A DNA stretch of 64,000 nt from the NCBI GenBank assembly GCA_951406725.2, contig OX597816.1, forward strand, positions 97,650,001-97,714,000. The letters run 5' to 3'. This stretch comes from Octopus vulgaris. Its lineage: Eukaryota. Numbering within the stretch: position 1 is the first letter of the stretch; each line of letters starts with the position of its first letter. The notes under the pieces were generated by a model. That model did not search any database, was not told where the DNA came from, and worked only from the letters and a program-made list of their open reading frames with translations. Both the position numbers and the translations under genes were made by a program. Of the stretch, positions 40,483-54,209 are shown one piece after another.

Positions 40483-41791
40483 TACATTTAAAATGTTTTG
40501 TTCGCAATATCTACATCTAAGTACTACCACTGCACCTAATTAGTACCGTTAAGTGACCCCTGTATTCAAGTAGTACCCAATCCAAATCAATAGACGTTTA
40601 CAAATATTTACTAAGTTGAAGGCTAGATACTACACCATATTTATTTAAAGTTTCGAGTCTTCCACCTAAACAGCGATTAAACGTTTTATCTAATTTACCA
40701 TATCTATACCCTTGTTCCACTAAATCTTAATTTATTTATTCTTTCCAAAAATCTGACCTGACAAAAACCATAACCTATAATGGAAGGAATTCTACTACTG
40801 AACAATGGCATTGAAGCTACCTGGAAACCAAAATCTTGTGTTTTATTATAAATGTCAGTACGTATCCCATTATTAACCTTAATTACTTAATGGAAATCTA
40901 AATAATTAATATTCTTTATATTATTTCCATTTCTGATGGCCTTAAGCTCACTAAGGTATATTTTTAAAAGCAAAAATTCACAGAAACCATAATTAGGTAT
41001 AAATATATCATCTATGTAGCTGTGCGTGCAAATATCAGTATTAATTTATGCACGTATGTCAAACTATACCTCCCTTCTTAATATTTTAATACTTACTTTC
41101 TGTTATTCCTTTATTCATATATAATACTTGTAATCATAAATAGTTTTCACGCGATGAGTTTATTATCTATTTCCTTTCGTGAATTACTGTGAAAATACGT
41201 TGTTATTTGAAACCTTAGAACAATGTTTTCATTAGGAATCTCTCAGAAGTAAACAGTTCAATTACCGAATACATATTACTAATTTCGTTCGACTAGTACG
41301 TGCACATATACTCTGTTATAACTGCAATAAATTCCACCGGCATCTCTGTTAAATCATACACAAAATTTTCCTACAGAACAAACTAAAGGATGATCATGAT
41401 TTGGATAGCTTTTCAACGTTGGTTCACTCAGTCATTGCCGGCTTGTATTTTTATATATCATAATCATATATTAATATTAGGGTGTTAATATTGTTTTAGA
41501 AGTTTATAACTCAAGATATGTTAGTCGTAGTCTGTTTTCATTAATGTTAGTTTCAATTAAGGGCAATAACTTGCCAGAAAATATAAAATGGAGAGCAAAG
41601 TGTATTATTTCCTAATTTCATATTACCTCGATTGCACTGATTAGCGTCAGACCACCGAAATTAAGTAACGGTGTTTCTAGTTGTAGATGGGTGAATACTT
41701 AGTAATCGTAGGTATTGAAAGCATTACCTATTAATGTCTATGCTTGAATCAGCTAATGCACGCAGGCTAAAACGAGTAAGAGAATAAAATA

Positions 41792-41985
41792 ATCTTTTTT
41801 ACTCTAGGCACAAGGGCCGAAATTTTGGGGGAGGGCCCAGTCAATTAGATCGACCCCAGTACAAAACTGGTGCTTAATTTATCGACCCCAAAAGGATGAA
41901 AGGTAAAGTCGATCTCGGCGGAATTTCAGCTCAGAACGTAAAGACAGACGAAATAAGCATTTCGTCCGGCGTGCTAACGTTCCTG
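41792..41985 (-). mobile_element. SINE family B
   Basis: ctctaggcacaagg...atcgacccc...ggatgaaaggtaaagtcga...cagaacgtaaagacagacgaaata...ggcgtgctaacgtt. Confidence 0.85.
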
Positions 41986-43689
41986 TATTTGCTTAGACTA
42001 TTTTATGGGTAGGGTTCGAACAATTTTTCAATCATTTCCAGTTTACACCCGTCTTGTTTGAAACAACAAATTTTTATTAATTCTTGTGCCATATGCATTC
42101 GATATTTTCTACACCAAAATGGTGACCTTATACCTAAACCAGGAGCCATTATTATGTACACAGTATATAAATTGTGAGTGTGTAACATAAAGCTTGAAAC
42201 TTGACTTTCATTGCGTTTCTTTTTTTCTAATTTGTATAATGTGTCACTTTGTATAATGCGTTTTTGTGAAGCAACTCTATCAATACGGTTGTATTTCCTG
42301 ATGTTCAGTTTCCTGTTGACACGTTTTTTAGCTTTACTTTCTAGAATAATTTTTCAAATCTATATAGATTTTTTGCTTATACGCATATATTTGTATAATA
42401 TTAAGTCAACAAACTTTACAAGCAACACCATGTATAACTACTATATTCGAAAAGTTAAAAAACAAAACGCTGCATAAAATATGCATAAAACTACAGAAAG
42501 AAGATGTTTACTATTACTTCACTGAAAGATTCCAAAAGGCTTTTGTTTATTATAAAAAAAAGTATTCTTTCAAATATATTATTTTGATAATATTCTGTGT
42601 AAGAGGTCTTGTCAATGTAAGATCAACAGTTTTAGGAAATAAATTATCCCTTTTAGCTTTTGAGGCAATACAATTCTTTAGAAAAAAATTTCTGATTTTT
42701 TTAATGTAATATTTCTTAACAGTTTCATTATTCTTTGATTTGTATTAGATAAACCATATTTATGCATATGTTACAAGTTTTAAACTCTGTCAAATTTTGA
42801 AATCGGCATTTTAAGCATAAAGAAATGAAATATTAATATTATTTATAATCTAAAATCAGTATTTATTATATATGATATAAACACCAAAGGAACAGAAAAT
42901 CAGAACATTGCCAGAGACGGGGTATCTAAATCGTCACTCGACCTGTGAGAATGAACAATTAAATATCCTTCCAACATCTTACTGTAGAAAAACAAGATAT
43001 AGTAGATAGGGGTGTGTGAAAAAAAAAAGGGAAAAGAAAACAAAAAAAAATCTTACTTAGAATTCTGTGCTGAAATCCTGGGGAGATGTTCATGATTTGA
43101 TTTCCCTAGTAACTACAAGTTACTAACAGCGTGACTAGCCTCACTCAGAAACTGCTTACGAACAGCAATATCACCATTCTCATAATTCACTAACAAAGAG
43201 ATGGGTCTTTCATTTTAAATGTAGAAATGAAGAGTTACAAAGACTCGGAAGTACAATCAAATTAGTCTGTACGAGATTCAGACAGATTAAGGCAAAGATT
43301 CAGCACGTAATTTTTCGGTGATCAAGGATCAGTAAACTCGTGGCTCTGTTTTCGTGTGTAGGCCAGCCGGTAAGAGTGAATGTTAAATAAATAGTCTGGC
43401 TCCAAAAATACAGCTATTCAGTAAGGACATTGAGAGGAAATTTAAGATGCTTTCCATAAAAAAAGGCAAAGTAGTATTATCTGATTGTGTAGAACGATCC
43501 AACGGCGTTAGAATGAAATATGTTGGAATGGATGGATATAAATCAAGGATAATGAGATGACCCATTTCTGTATATCCTGTCTAGCTCAAGAGGTAGTAGC
43601 CACCTCTTTTTTGGATGATGTGTTCTTAGTGTTTGAAAATATTCGTTGATGATGATGATGCTGATGATGATAATAGTAATAAATTGCTT

Positions 43690-43840
43690 CAAATTTGGCA
43701 CAAGGCTAGCATTTCCGAGGTAGGGAATAAGTCGATTACATTCACCTCAGTGTTGAACCGTTACTTGTTTTATCAACCACGAAACGATCAAAAGCAAAGT
43801 CAACCACGTCGGAATTTAAATTCAGAAGTTAAAGACGACT
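43690..43840 (-). mobile_element. SINE family B, degraded
   Basis: tttggcacaaggctagca...gtcgattaca...ttttatcaacc...gcaaagtcaacc..cggaatttaaattcagaa. Confidence 0.6.
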
Positions 43841-43949
43841 TCGAGATGGGAAAAAGAATTGTGACACGGAGTGACATTACAATCAGGTCAGAAGATAAGC
43901 AAGTTGGTAACATGAGAAAGTGTAAGGTGGCTGCTGCAAGGGATTAGTT

Positions 43950-45410
43950 CGTTGAATTGATGGATTTGCATCTTAAGCTAAAAGGTTGCGTACATCAAGG
44001 AATTATACTAAAGTGGATGATCAAAATTTGGAACATGGTGATCCAGAAAGACTCAGTGGAAGGATGCTGAGGCCAGCGTCTGCCGTTCGATTGCCTGCTT
44101 ACTTATGACGTGGTAGCTTCTAACAGGAATAATGGGAAAAATTGATATGACTACTTCGAAAGAAATGGGCTTTTAGCAGTTGAATAGTTGAGCTATAAGA
44201 AGGGATCGCACGAAACAAATTTACAGTTTTTGATAGATAAGGCAGTTTTGAGGAACTGCTAGGTAAAGTTGACAAGATTTTCAATGGCTTAAACTGAAAA
44301 CTAGAAGACATACAAAACAGTGCCTGTCTAGTGGATTCTAAAATGCCCAGAGAGCTTTGGGCAGCTAAAAATATAATATATTTAATCAGAAGCTGCAAGA
44401 GGAACTAGAAAACAGTTTCTAGCGTTGGCGGAAGGTCAACTGGATAAGTCAACATCGGGAGGGGAATTCTTTCAGGGAGACACCATGTCTCTCAAACTGT
44501 TTATTGTTACCATCTTACCGCTATCCATGGTTTAATGAAAGTGAGAGCTGGCAATGAACTGGTCAAACAACATGAGACCAATTAATCACCTGCTGTTAAT
44601 GGATAATTTACAGAGGTAGCAATGTCAACTGAACTCAATTATTCACGATGGTATTTGGTCTAGATAAATGTGCTATTATTGAACGGAGGCGACAACGAAA
44701 ATTAGACAGCAGCAGAAAACAATTTCCAGATGATGATCGTATAAGAGAAGCAACGAGTCATCGTATATTACAATTGTGCTACATGAAAAACACAAAATGA
44801 AGGAAAAGGGTTTTTCTAAATGTCCCAGAGTGGTGAAAAAGTTATGTATATTCAAGGTGAATGGGGGAAGCTTGATCAGAAGCATCAACTTGGGCTCTAA
44901 GCGTGGTACGTTACGGCGAAGGAGTTGGTGAAGGGGTCAGCATAGGTAGAGACACTAAGACGATAATGGGCATGCTTAAGTGCCTTCATACTCTGTGTAA
45001 CATGAAAAGGCTTTACCTACGAAAGAAGGAACACAGACGTGGATAGGTTGCAAAAGGGAGCCAAACATTTTGGTGCCTAGCTTAGAGATAGTGATAAATA
45101 TTTTTTGTCAGCTGAACAGAATGAAGGGATCAATGAAAATGATGAGTACAAAATCAGGACAAATGAGCTAAAAAATCATTAATTGAAAGAGTCCTAAACA
45201 GACAGTTTCTCCAACAAACATCGGGTGAATAAAATATCTTGTAAACGAGAGGGATTTTTAAAAGAGAGAGAAGGATTTATTCTTGCTGCTCAACAACAGG
45301 TTTAAAATACCAAACTTCACAGGAAGTACACCACAATACTCAAAAGTGTACTTGTTGCAGAATAGTACTCCGTCTCTAAACAGCGAGAAGAAACTGAGAC
45401 GTGGTGTAGA
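43950..45410 (+). mobile_element. R4/Dong-like LINE, very old and degraded
   Basis: RGILSGRH/GDTMS, INHLLLMDNL, FGLDKCAI, EREGFILAAQQQ remnants. Confidence 0.65.
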
Positions 45411-45429
45411 TAACCTAGGAAAAGAATGT

Positions 45430-45505
45430 AATGATGATGATGAAGCTGTTGCTGCTGCTGATGAAGATAGTAATTATAATAATAATGTTGATGATGATGA
45501 TGATC

Positions 45506-45563
<58 letters not shown>
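45430..45563. repeat. (GAT)n/(AAT)n trinucleotide tract
   Basis: Seen directly; lies between two R4/Dong-like pieces. Confidence 0.95.
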
Positions 45564-45566
<3 letters not shown>

Positions 45567-47012
45567 CTATGCCCGGAGATAAATCTGTCAACAAAAAATA
45601 CAGACGAATGCAGATCTGTTAGCATTAAGAAGTCACGTTACGAGCAATGTTTTCATCCGGAGAACTCAGAGGCGGTGTTGTGTCAAAAAATTGACCCAAA
45701 ACAGACAATTCCGCCCCCTAATGATAACGTCCAAGCTCGTCATGCCTCAGTGATAACAAAGGAAAGTACAAACCATATTGGCGGTCACCCGGAACACCAA
45801 GGAACACATACTCGAATGATGAACCAGAATCGGTACGGAAAATCAACTACTGGTTCAAATCTTCCCGAAACACAGGTGCTGGACGTACCCTACAACCGGA
45901 ATATTCAAACAGATGGATATCCAAGCTCGTCATCAAATAACCAATAAAAAAAAAGAGACTAAAAACTGGTCTAGGGAGGATAATAAAGAAGTTCTTAAGG
46001 CTGTCTATCATGCCATACATTTCCCCACAAATAAATCTAATACTGTCGAAACATACTTAAATTGGAGCAGAAACATATTGAAGAAGGACACTAAGTAGAA
46101 AGTAACAAACGTGCCAGCATCAGAAGAAACACTATGAAAAAGACATTATTAACTTTATTAGAAATTGATCAAATTAAACAATCAGTGAGGGATAAAAGAA
46201 CGACGTTGCAGTTAAAGAATATACTACGGAGGAAATAATTATAGACGGACCCACGTCTGGTGAAACTGCAATAATCATTGAAGGAGTTAATATAACTGAT
46301 AAGAAAAGTGAACTCTCTGAATCAACCATAAACACTAAGGTAGAGGAAAATCAAATAGATGAAGAAAGTCACACAGAACTGAACTAGATAACTTAAAAAT
46401 TCAAATCATGATACTGAATGGCTGAAAATGAAAGAAACCAGTACGAAAGAACTCGACACTCTCCCAAAAATTCGCAATTCTTATCAAAACTGATATATGA
46501 CAAGAAAAACCTCTCAATGGCAAATACCCAAGGAGAGCTAATAGTGCAGATGTTGACAAAGCCCTTACCCATCAATGGTTAGAGTCTTCTGGCTTAAATT
46601 CAGAAACAGAAGGGTTTATCATAGCAGCCCAAACCAATGCCTACCGACAAGGAACTACCACACCAACATATTAAAGAACGGTAGTAGCCCAACATGTCGT
46701 GTATGTCAACAACAAAATGAAACCATTGATTATGTTGCTTCCATGTATAGTTTTCTTGCGCTTACAAGTATCTCAACAGGCATGATAGAGCAGCACGATA
46801 TATTCACTGGCTAATTTGCAAAAACCTGAACCGGCCCCACGCTAAAAAATGGTGGGAACACAAACCACCTCCAGTACTTGTGAAGGATCACATCTCACTC
46901 CTCTGGAACTTCCCCATTCAAACTGACAGAAAGATCGATGCAAATAGGCCAGATATTACATTGAAAGACCTCAGACACAAATCACGCCTCTTCATTCATA
47001 TGACTGTCCCAA
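45564..47012 (+). mobile_element. R4/Dong-like LINE derivative: N-terminal region joined to CCHC-RLE region, RT absent
   Basis: Starts ATG CCC GGA right after (AAT)n. KNWSREDNKEVLKAVYHA N-terminal motif. From about 46490: QEKPLNGKYP, QWLESSGLNSETEGFIIAA, CRVCQQQNETID, LLWNFPIQTDRKIDANRPDI. Confidence 0.78.
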
Positions 47013-47014
47013 TC

Positions 47015-47150
47015 GGGTACTTATTTTATCGAGCCGGAAACGATGAAAGGCAAATTCGACCGGGCGGCATTTGAACTCAGAATGTAAAGACGGATGAAAT
47101 GCTGCTAAATATTTTGCCCGGCGCACTTAACGAATCTGCCAAGTCGCACC

Positions 47151-47197
<47 letters not shown>

Positions 47198-47620
47198 TAA
47201 TAATAATAGTAACGCCAACAATAGTTTTGGCACAAGTCCAATAATTTTGAGGTAGAGTGTCAGACGAATGGTACAATCCCAGGGGTCAACTTGTACCTAT
47301 TTTAGAGACCGCGAGAGCATACAAGGCAAAATTGTCCTCGGTGGAATTTTGACTTCAGAATGTGAAAATGAAAGGATTGTCGCTGAGTAATTTGTCTTGC
47401 GTGCTAACAATTCTGCTAACTTACCTCTGATTTATTTCTGCACAAAATGTGTAGCAGCATTTCTTCGAGATCTTTCCCTTTCTAATTTCTATCCCCGCCA
47501 TGTGGATTTCGCTTTTCATTTGTTCCAGGACAATAAAATAAATATTTATTGGGTACAGAAGTTGATACTGTTGACTGATAAACTTCTAAAAGTACTGACT
47601 TTGTTCCCCATTGCAACAAT
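47015..47620. mobile_element. Cluster of SINE family B fragments (47015-47150 minus, 47225-47425 minus, 47440-47620 plus) with (AAT)n at 47151-47210
   Basis: gtacttattttatcgag..gatgaaaggcaaa...gaactcagaatgtaaagac and related degenerate copies. Confidence 0.7.
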
Positions 47621-48504
47621 TATCATAATCGTCTACTTCTAAATCGTATCACATCATGGTCAGTCTGCTTTTCCACACTGATTCTTCAATGGAAACAAAC
47701 ACACTTCAAGATGAATTCGCATGACCTCTACCTAGATACAACTACGGCGTCTTCAAACTTTAAATAATTGATCCTGTGCTCAGAGAGAATGAAAACTGTC
47801 AGAGTTTAAATTTCATGTTGGCAAATTCAAGTTTGTCGCTACGATTAATCTTGGAAACTTGGAACTATAGCAAGCATTAACTGTGCATGAGTCAAAGCAA
47901 TATTCCTAATGTCTTTAGTGGAGATATCGATTATTAACTTTAATAAAGATTAGCAGAGGATTAGTGTACTACTTCAATTTAAAAACTGTAGAAGTGACTA
48001 TTCTACGAATATAGAACATCATGGAGTACAATGTTATTGCCTGAATAATACTTTCTTACACGTATACTCAGCAATCGCAATGAGCTCTACAACTGCCATC
48101 CTCAAACACGCAGAATTGATGAGCTGAAGGCTTCCCTTCGTTCTTGAATATTAAAGAGAATATCGCGTTTTCTGCTCAAAATCTCCCTAACCTACATATT
48201 GTTATATATTATAATTCATAACATGTGTGTATGTTACGAATAGAATTAAGAGAATTAGAAATGTCTGATACTATTTTACAAACTACTAACATTTAGAAAG
48301 GCATATGATATTTTCTAGGAATATTATCTGCATGTTCCTGCAACGACGTGATATTTACGTCACCGAATAAATTGAAACTTGAATATATGAAGTTAATATT
48401 AGGAAAGTATTGTGAATTTATGGAGAACTTGGATAGAGTCCTCCATTCATATTGAATTGATTCCTAGCTCTTTTGTCTAGCTTTGCTAATTCAGTTTTTG
48501 TCCA

Positions 48505-50520
48505 TTATTATTATTATTCTATGTTTGAGTTTTGCTTTATATTTGTACAAGTTGGCTCCAAGTCTCACTCAGAGACCTCAAGAGACAACAGGTTGGAAGT
48601 TCATGTTGTTGTTATGCCTAGTGTGCCATATATTTGGGGTGGGGGGAGTTTTTGGTGTTGTACTAATGAATGTCTAAAAAAAAAACGAAAATTATGTTTG
48701 TTTTAAATCTTGAGATTACATAGAAAGTATTTTGCGTAGGATATGAGCAGTTCCCATGAGCACTATCTTTTGAATTTCTGCCATTTTGGGGTTTCCTGGT
48801 ATCTGAATTAGGTAGCTATCAGCCCTTTTGCTATCATTCCCAGGGCACCTATGACAACAGATATTGTTTTAGTCTTCAGGTTCCACATTTTGCTGATTTC
48901 TATTTCAAGATATTTATATTTGCTCAGTTTTTGGTAGGTCTTGACAGATACGTTTATATCGATTGGGACAGTCATATCAATGAGGAGGCATGTTCTTTGT
49001 TTGAAGTCTTTCAATATGTCTGGCCTATTTGCATCTATCTTTCTGTCAGTTTGAATGGTGAAGTTCCAGAGGAGTGAGATGTGGTCATTTTCAAGCACGG
49101 GGGGTGGTTTGTGTTCCCACCAGTTTTTTTCATGGGGCAAATCCAGGTTTTTGCAGATTACCCAGTGAATATATTGTGCAGCTCTATCGTGTCTGTTGAG
49201 ATACTCTGTAGGCGCTAGAAGACTGCACTTGGAGACCACATGGTCAATGGTTTCATTTTGTTGCTGGCATACACGACACGTTGGACTACTTCTGATCTTT
49301 TGTATGTTGGCCTGGTAGTTTCTTGTTGGTGGGCATTGATCTTGAGCTGCTATGATAAACCCCTCTGTTTCAGATGATAAGCCAGAGGCCATTAGCCATT
49401 GATGGGTCAGGGCTTTGTCAACATCTGCATTATTTGCTCTATTTGGGTATTTGTCATAGAGAGGTTTTTCTTGCCATTTATCATTCAGAATATCTAAGGC
49501 CGCAGATTTAGCACGGGTTTTCATGCGCTTAGCTTTTTCTATGCCTGTTTCTTGTATGTCTATCTCTAATTCCGAAATTTGTTGTATTCGGAATTCACTT
49601 AGATATTCCTTTGCCTGTTTTGTTACTGACTATGATGCTTTCTTGTTTTCATGTTTTGAGACAAGTTTTAACATCCAGTCCTCAGAGTTTTTCAGTAGGT
49701 GTCTAGGCCAATTGTAGCAATCTTCATTGTTATTGCCAGTTGTAAAAGTCCACGGCCTCCCTCTTTTCTTGGCAGATAAAGTCGTTCTGTATCTGCCTTA
49801 GGGTGGTGCATTCTATGCATTGTCAACAGTTTTCGAATTTTTCTGTCAAGATTACATATTTCAGTAATTGACCAGTTAACGATATTGAAACTGTAAGTCA
49901 CAACTGGTATGGCTAATGCATTGATCGCTTCGATCCTGTTTCTCGCATTCAGCTCTGTCTTGAGTATTGCTCTTACTCTGCGATAACATTCTCTCCTGAT
50001 CCTTTCCTTCATCTCTGAATGCCTTATTCCCTCTCCTTCAATTACCCCTAGATACTTGTAGTTCTCTGCTGGGTCTAATTCTTTTATGACATTCTGCTGG
50101 TCAAGGTTAACGTTAGATGTTTCTGTCATTTTTCCTTTGATAAAGGTAGCTTTTGAACACTTATCGAGGCCAAATTGCATTCTGATGTCATCACTGAATT
50201 GTTTGACAATCGCTAGTAAGCCCTTGAGTTGTTGGTCATTTTTTGCAAAGAACTTTAAATCATCCATGTAAATGAGATGATTTATATTTTTATCAAACAT
50301 TTTATACCCGTACTACGCGTCATTGAGCAGTTTTGAGAGAGGTATTAAGGCTAAACAGAAGAGGAGTGGTGATAGTGAGTCACCCTGGAAAATGCCACAT
50401 GAAATTTTTACATCACCAGCATTTAGAGATTCGTTGTCACTGTTCAAAGTTAGTGTGGTTCTCCATGATCTCATACTTACAGACAAAAAGTCTCGCAGAG
50501 CAGGTGCTATCTTATACATT
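48505..50520 (-). mobile_element. R4/Dong-like LINE (family A), 5'-truncated, best-preserved RT/RLE copy
   Basis: GIFQGDSLSPLLFCLAL, HLIYMDDLK, FGLDKC, CRVC..ETIDHVVSKC (CCHC), RHD, RPDI...LIDMTVP...KY..LEIEI (RLE). 3' tail into (TAA)n at 48505-48516; 5' end at the 50.5-kb (ATT)n tract. Confidence 0.95.
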
Positions 50521-50522
50521 TC

Positions 50523-50537
50523 TTATTATTATTATAC

Positions 50538-50598
<61 letters not shown>

Positions 50599-50674
50599 GT
50601 TATTGTTATTGTTATTTTTGTTGTTGTTTTTTTTATTATTATTATTATTGTTGTTGTTCTTGTTGTTGTTGTTA

Positions 50675-50732
<58 letters not shown>

Positions 50733-50735
50733 AAT
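50523..50735. repeat. (ATT)n/(GTT)n trinucleotide tract
   Basis: Seen directly; separates two co-oriented R4/Dong-like elements. Confidence 0.96.
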
Positions 50736-53700
50736 TGCCATTTCACAGCTTCTAACGCTGGAGATCTATTACAGTGTCAGCTTTTCACTACTATTGAACT
50801 AAAGTAACACCTCTTATTTTACGATCACCGTCCGGAGTATTCGAGTGGTTCCAAGCAGTGCTGTTTTCTGGAAGTGCTCCACCCTTATTACAGACCCTAT
50901 TTGTTCCACGTACGTCTCGAGATTTTTGCTTACTGTTCCCAGGCTCCGATATTTATTGGTACTACTGCTACCTTTTTCATCGACCATAACTGCTTAACCT
51001 CTCAAGCTAACCTGTCATATCTCTAGATTTTTCTTTCTTCGTTATCGCATACCTTGTTGTCAGCTGGGCATGCTATGTGTATGATCCAGCATAGTTTGCT
51101 TTCTTTCTCAATTAAGACTATGGCTGGCTTCCTATTCTATATCTCATGGTCGCACTGAATCATAAAATCCCATAGGATCTTTGCATTTCTATCTTCGAAT
51201 TTGCCTTCAGGTTTGCGGTCATCCTTTTTTTTTCCTCTGTCAACTCTATACTTAGTGCAAAGCGTCTAATGGACAAGCCTGGGTATATTGTCGTGGCATC
51301 TCTTGTATTGTATCTGGGCTAGTAGCGTGCATTGGCTAGTATTATGCCATACGGTTTCACCGTTTTGTCCACAGATTCTGCACTAGTGCTTGCTCTTGGG
51401 CAGAACATATTAGAGCCTCCGTTTTGAATCACTTTTAGTCATCCACTGCCATCTTTTTTCTCTGTCTGTCTTTTCTTTAACATCCCTATGAAATTGACCA
51501 TACATTCTTTTCTGTATCCACCTATTTTCAGTTTCATTCGTTTTCGATTTCTTGTATAGTGCTTTATCTTTGCGGTCTTTCATCCTACAAAAGACTGACC
51601 TTCTTCCTTCTAATAATACCGGTTCTGTGACAGTTTTTATACCATGTTATGTTGTTTTCTTCTGCTCTAATGCTGTGTTCGCATCCAATTAGTCACCTTT
51701 CCTTTTTTTTCTTGGTACATACAGTCTGTCTGTGTCACTTTTTGGGTGGAGTGACCCATATCTAGTTAGCAACTTTCTGTCTAAGCTGCTTAGTTCGTTT
51801 ACTGTCCATGCGAGTACCCCTGCTCCATATCTAAAGAGTGAAACCGCCCAGATGTTGATAGCTTCGATCCTATTCCGTCCATTTAATTTCGACTTTAGGA
51901 TCAGTCTCAGTCTGCGCAAGTACTCCACCTTAAACTTTTCTGTAATTTCTTTCTCCATAAATGTATCCATTTCCAAAATCCCCGAGTAATTATAGCCCGT
52001 CTCTTCTATCTACTTCATAACCTCCCCCGACAGTATCGTTAGCCCGTCTATACATTTGATTTTGCCTCTCTTCAAGACAACACTTTCTTAGTCCGAATTC
52101 CATTCCATTATCAACACTGAAGGTATACAGCGTATCGACGAGGGAACTGACTTGGGCTCCATCTTTACGATAAAGTTTGAAGTCAACCATGAATAACAAA
52201 TAGTTGACTTTTTGTTGGCGGCTTTTGAATACACCCCCAGCTTTTGCTTTCCTCAGAATCAGTGTTAGTGTTATCAAGCACAGTACAAAGATCAGTGGGG
52301 ACAGGCAGTCCCCTTGGAAGTTGCCTCTCCTAATTTCTATTGTCCTTAAGCTTCTTCCGTATGCTATCAGGTCCGTCCTCCAGTTCACCATAATTTTTCC
52401 AAGCAATCGCTCAACATTCGATGCAATACCAAATAGGTTCATACACTGTATAATCCAAGAATGTGGGATCATATTGCACGCCTTAGGATAGTCGATCCAT
52501 GACATAGCTAAGTTACTTTTCCTCCTCTTGCATTCTCTAAGTACATTTTTGTCCATCAGGAGTTGATCCTTGGCACCTATGCACTTACGCTTGCAACCCT
52601 TCTGCGCATATGGCAGGACTCCATTTTTTTTCTAGATGATCGTACATGACTCTGCGAGTATTCCAGTCAATAATTTCCATAGAAGTGGCAAGCAAGATAT
52701 CGCCCTGTAATTGTCTACCGTGTTGTCTTTTTTGATGTTTTTCAGGCACATCACTGTCTTACCCAATGTCAACCACTCTGGTATTACTTGGTCAGCATTT
52801 AACAAGATTTTGAGTTGCAAAGCCATTCGTGCATGACATTCCCCAAAAGTCTTGATATAGTAGCCTTGAACTCCATCTAGTCCGGGGGCCTTCCAGTCGC
52901 TCATTTTTTTTGTGGATTTCCTTCACTTCCCCAGCTAAAATGACAAGTTCTGCCTGTTTTGGACAGATAAGTCTTCGTTTCACTTCTTGCAACCATTCAG
53001 CATCCTTCTTGTGCTCTTTCTCTTTGCTCCAGATGTCACTCCAAAACATTTGACTTTCGATGTTACGTGGTATAAAAGTTTCATCTGTACGTTCTCCATT
53101 TATTTATTTATAGAATCTCTTCTAATCTACTCTGAATAACCGATTCTGTTGATAACCTTTCATTCTTTGGTGTGTATCGTATCCTCTTTGCTTTATTTGC
53201 AACTAGGTACTGTTTCGGTCCCTCCACTACTACTTTCAGGCCCTTACTTTCAATATTACAATTCCTTTTCTGGGCCCTGTATTTTTGTTTGCTTTTAAGC
53301 TCCACTTTCTCTTTTCAGTCTAACACAGAGATTTTCTTCGAGAGCATGTCTAACCCTGCCTGGATTCTTCTTTTCTACCTTGGATCGTTTCTTTTGCTAC
53401 TCCCATTATGTTTCTTTTTCTTGACATCAACACCTACGTTTTCTGCTACAACAATACTTGCTGCCTTGATCAAATTATTTGTTTCTGTGATGTTTGTTCT
53501 TATGTATTTCAGAATTTCATTCACATTTTTTTGTTTCTTGGTTCAATTTCTATCGATCAACCTTTTTAAAGTTTTTCTTTCATCTTTCATGTCGCCATTA
53601 GTTTTATTGTCTTCTTTTAGATCATTTATTTGTCTCTCATCAAGTAAACTACCATTACTCCTTTCCAGTGCTATAGGATTACACTTATTAGTAAGAACTA

Positions 53701-54178
53701 TTTTTATTGTTATATCTGCTGCTATTTTCCATTACCCGTATTTTGACAGCTTCGAGCTCGACTTCTATGCACCAACAATTCTTTCTTATTGCTCTAGCTT
53801 GATCACATTGTCTTTGTTCCATGAGTTGAAACAATCCTTTTCTCTCCAATGATCATGCATACGTTGTCGTTAACCCCTAATTTGAGCACCATTTTCATCT
53901 ATTGGGTTGCTCAAGTGGTTACACTCCATGAGCACAGCATTCATTTGCTTGCTCCATCAACGCCGTGTGTGATGGTCCCTTTCTGGATATCGACAGGGTG
54001 GAGCTAGACCAGAATCTCTGAGCCTACCGAATGTAACACTGTCATCATCATTGGCTTCAGTTTCATTACCACCGTTATTCACAATATTTTGTTTTTTCAT
54101 TGTCACTCATATGAGGTAGCGATTATCAGGTTGCGCAATTACCAGTGTTTTTATTGTGACACCATCACTCGATGTATT
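50736..54178 (-). mobile_element. R4/Dong-like LINE (family C), close to full length (about 3.4 kb), defective
   Basis: N-terminal WSKQMNAVLMEC; FWSDIWS; WKAPGLDGVQGY; NYRAISCLPLLWKLLTG; WIDYPKA; [15 protein letters not shown]; LHPKSDTDRLY; CRICGQNGETVWHN; LCWIIHIACPAD; ALLGTTRILR. Flanked by TAA-type repeats at both ends. Confidence 0.92.
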
Positions 54179-54209
54179 ATATTATTATTTTATTTTTATC
54201 ATTATCACC

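Noticed and set aside
40928-40960. CTGATGG-CCTTA...TAAGG hairpin
   Set aside because: Core mismatch and no GAAA after the stem.
53172-53852. 226-aa hydrophobic plus-strand ORF
   Set aside because: Antisense to the lysine-rich N-terminal region of the R4-like element.
54100-54178. Possible HDV-like ribozyme at the 5' end of the long R4-like element
   Set aside because: Could not build the nested double pseudoknot by eye.
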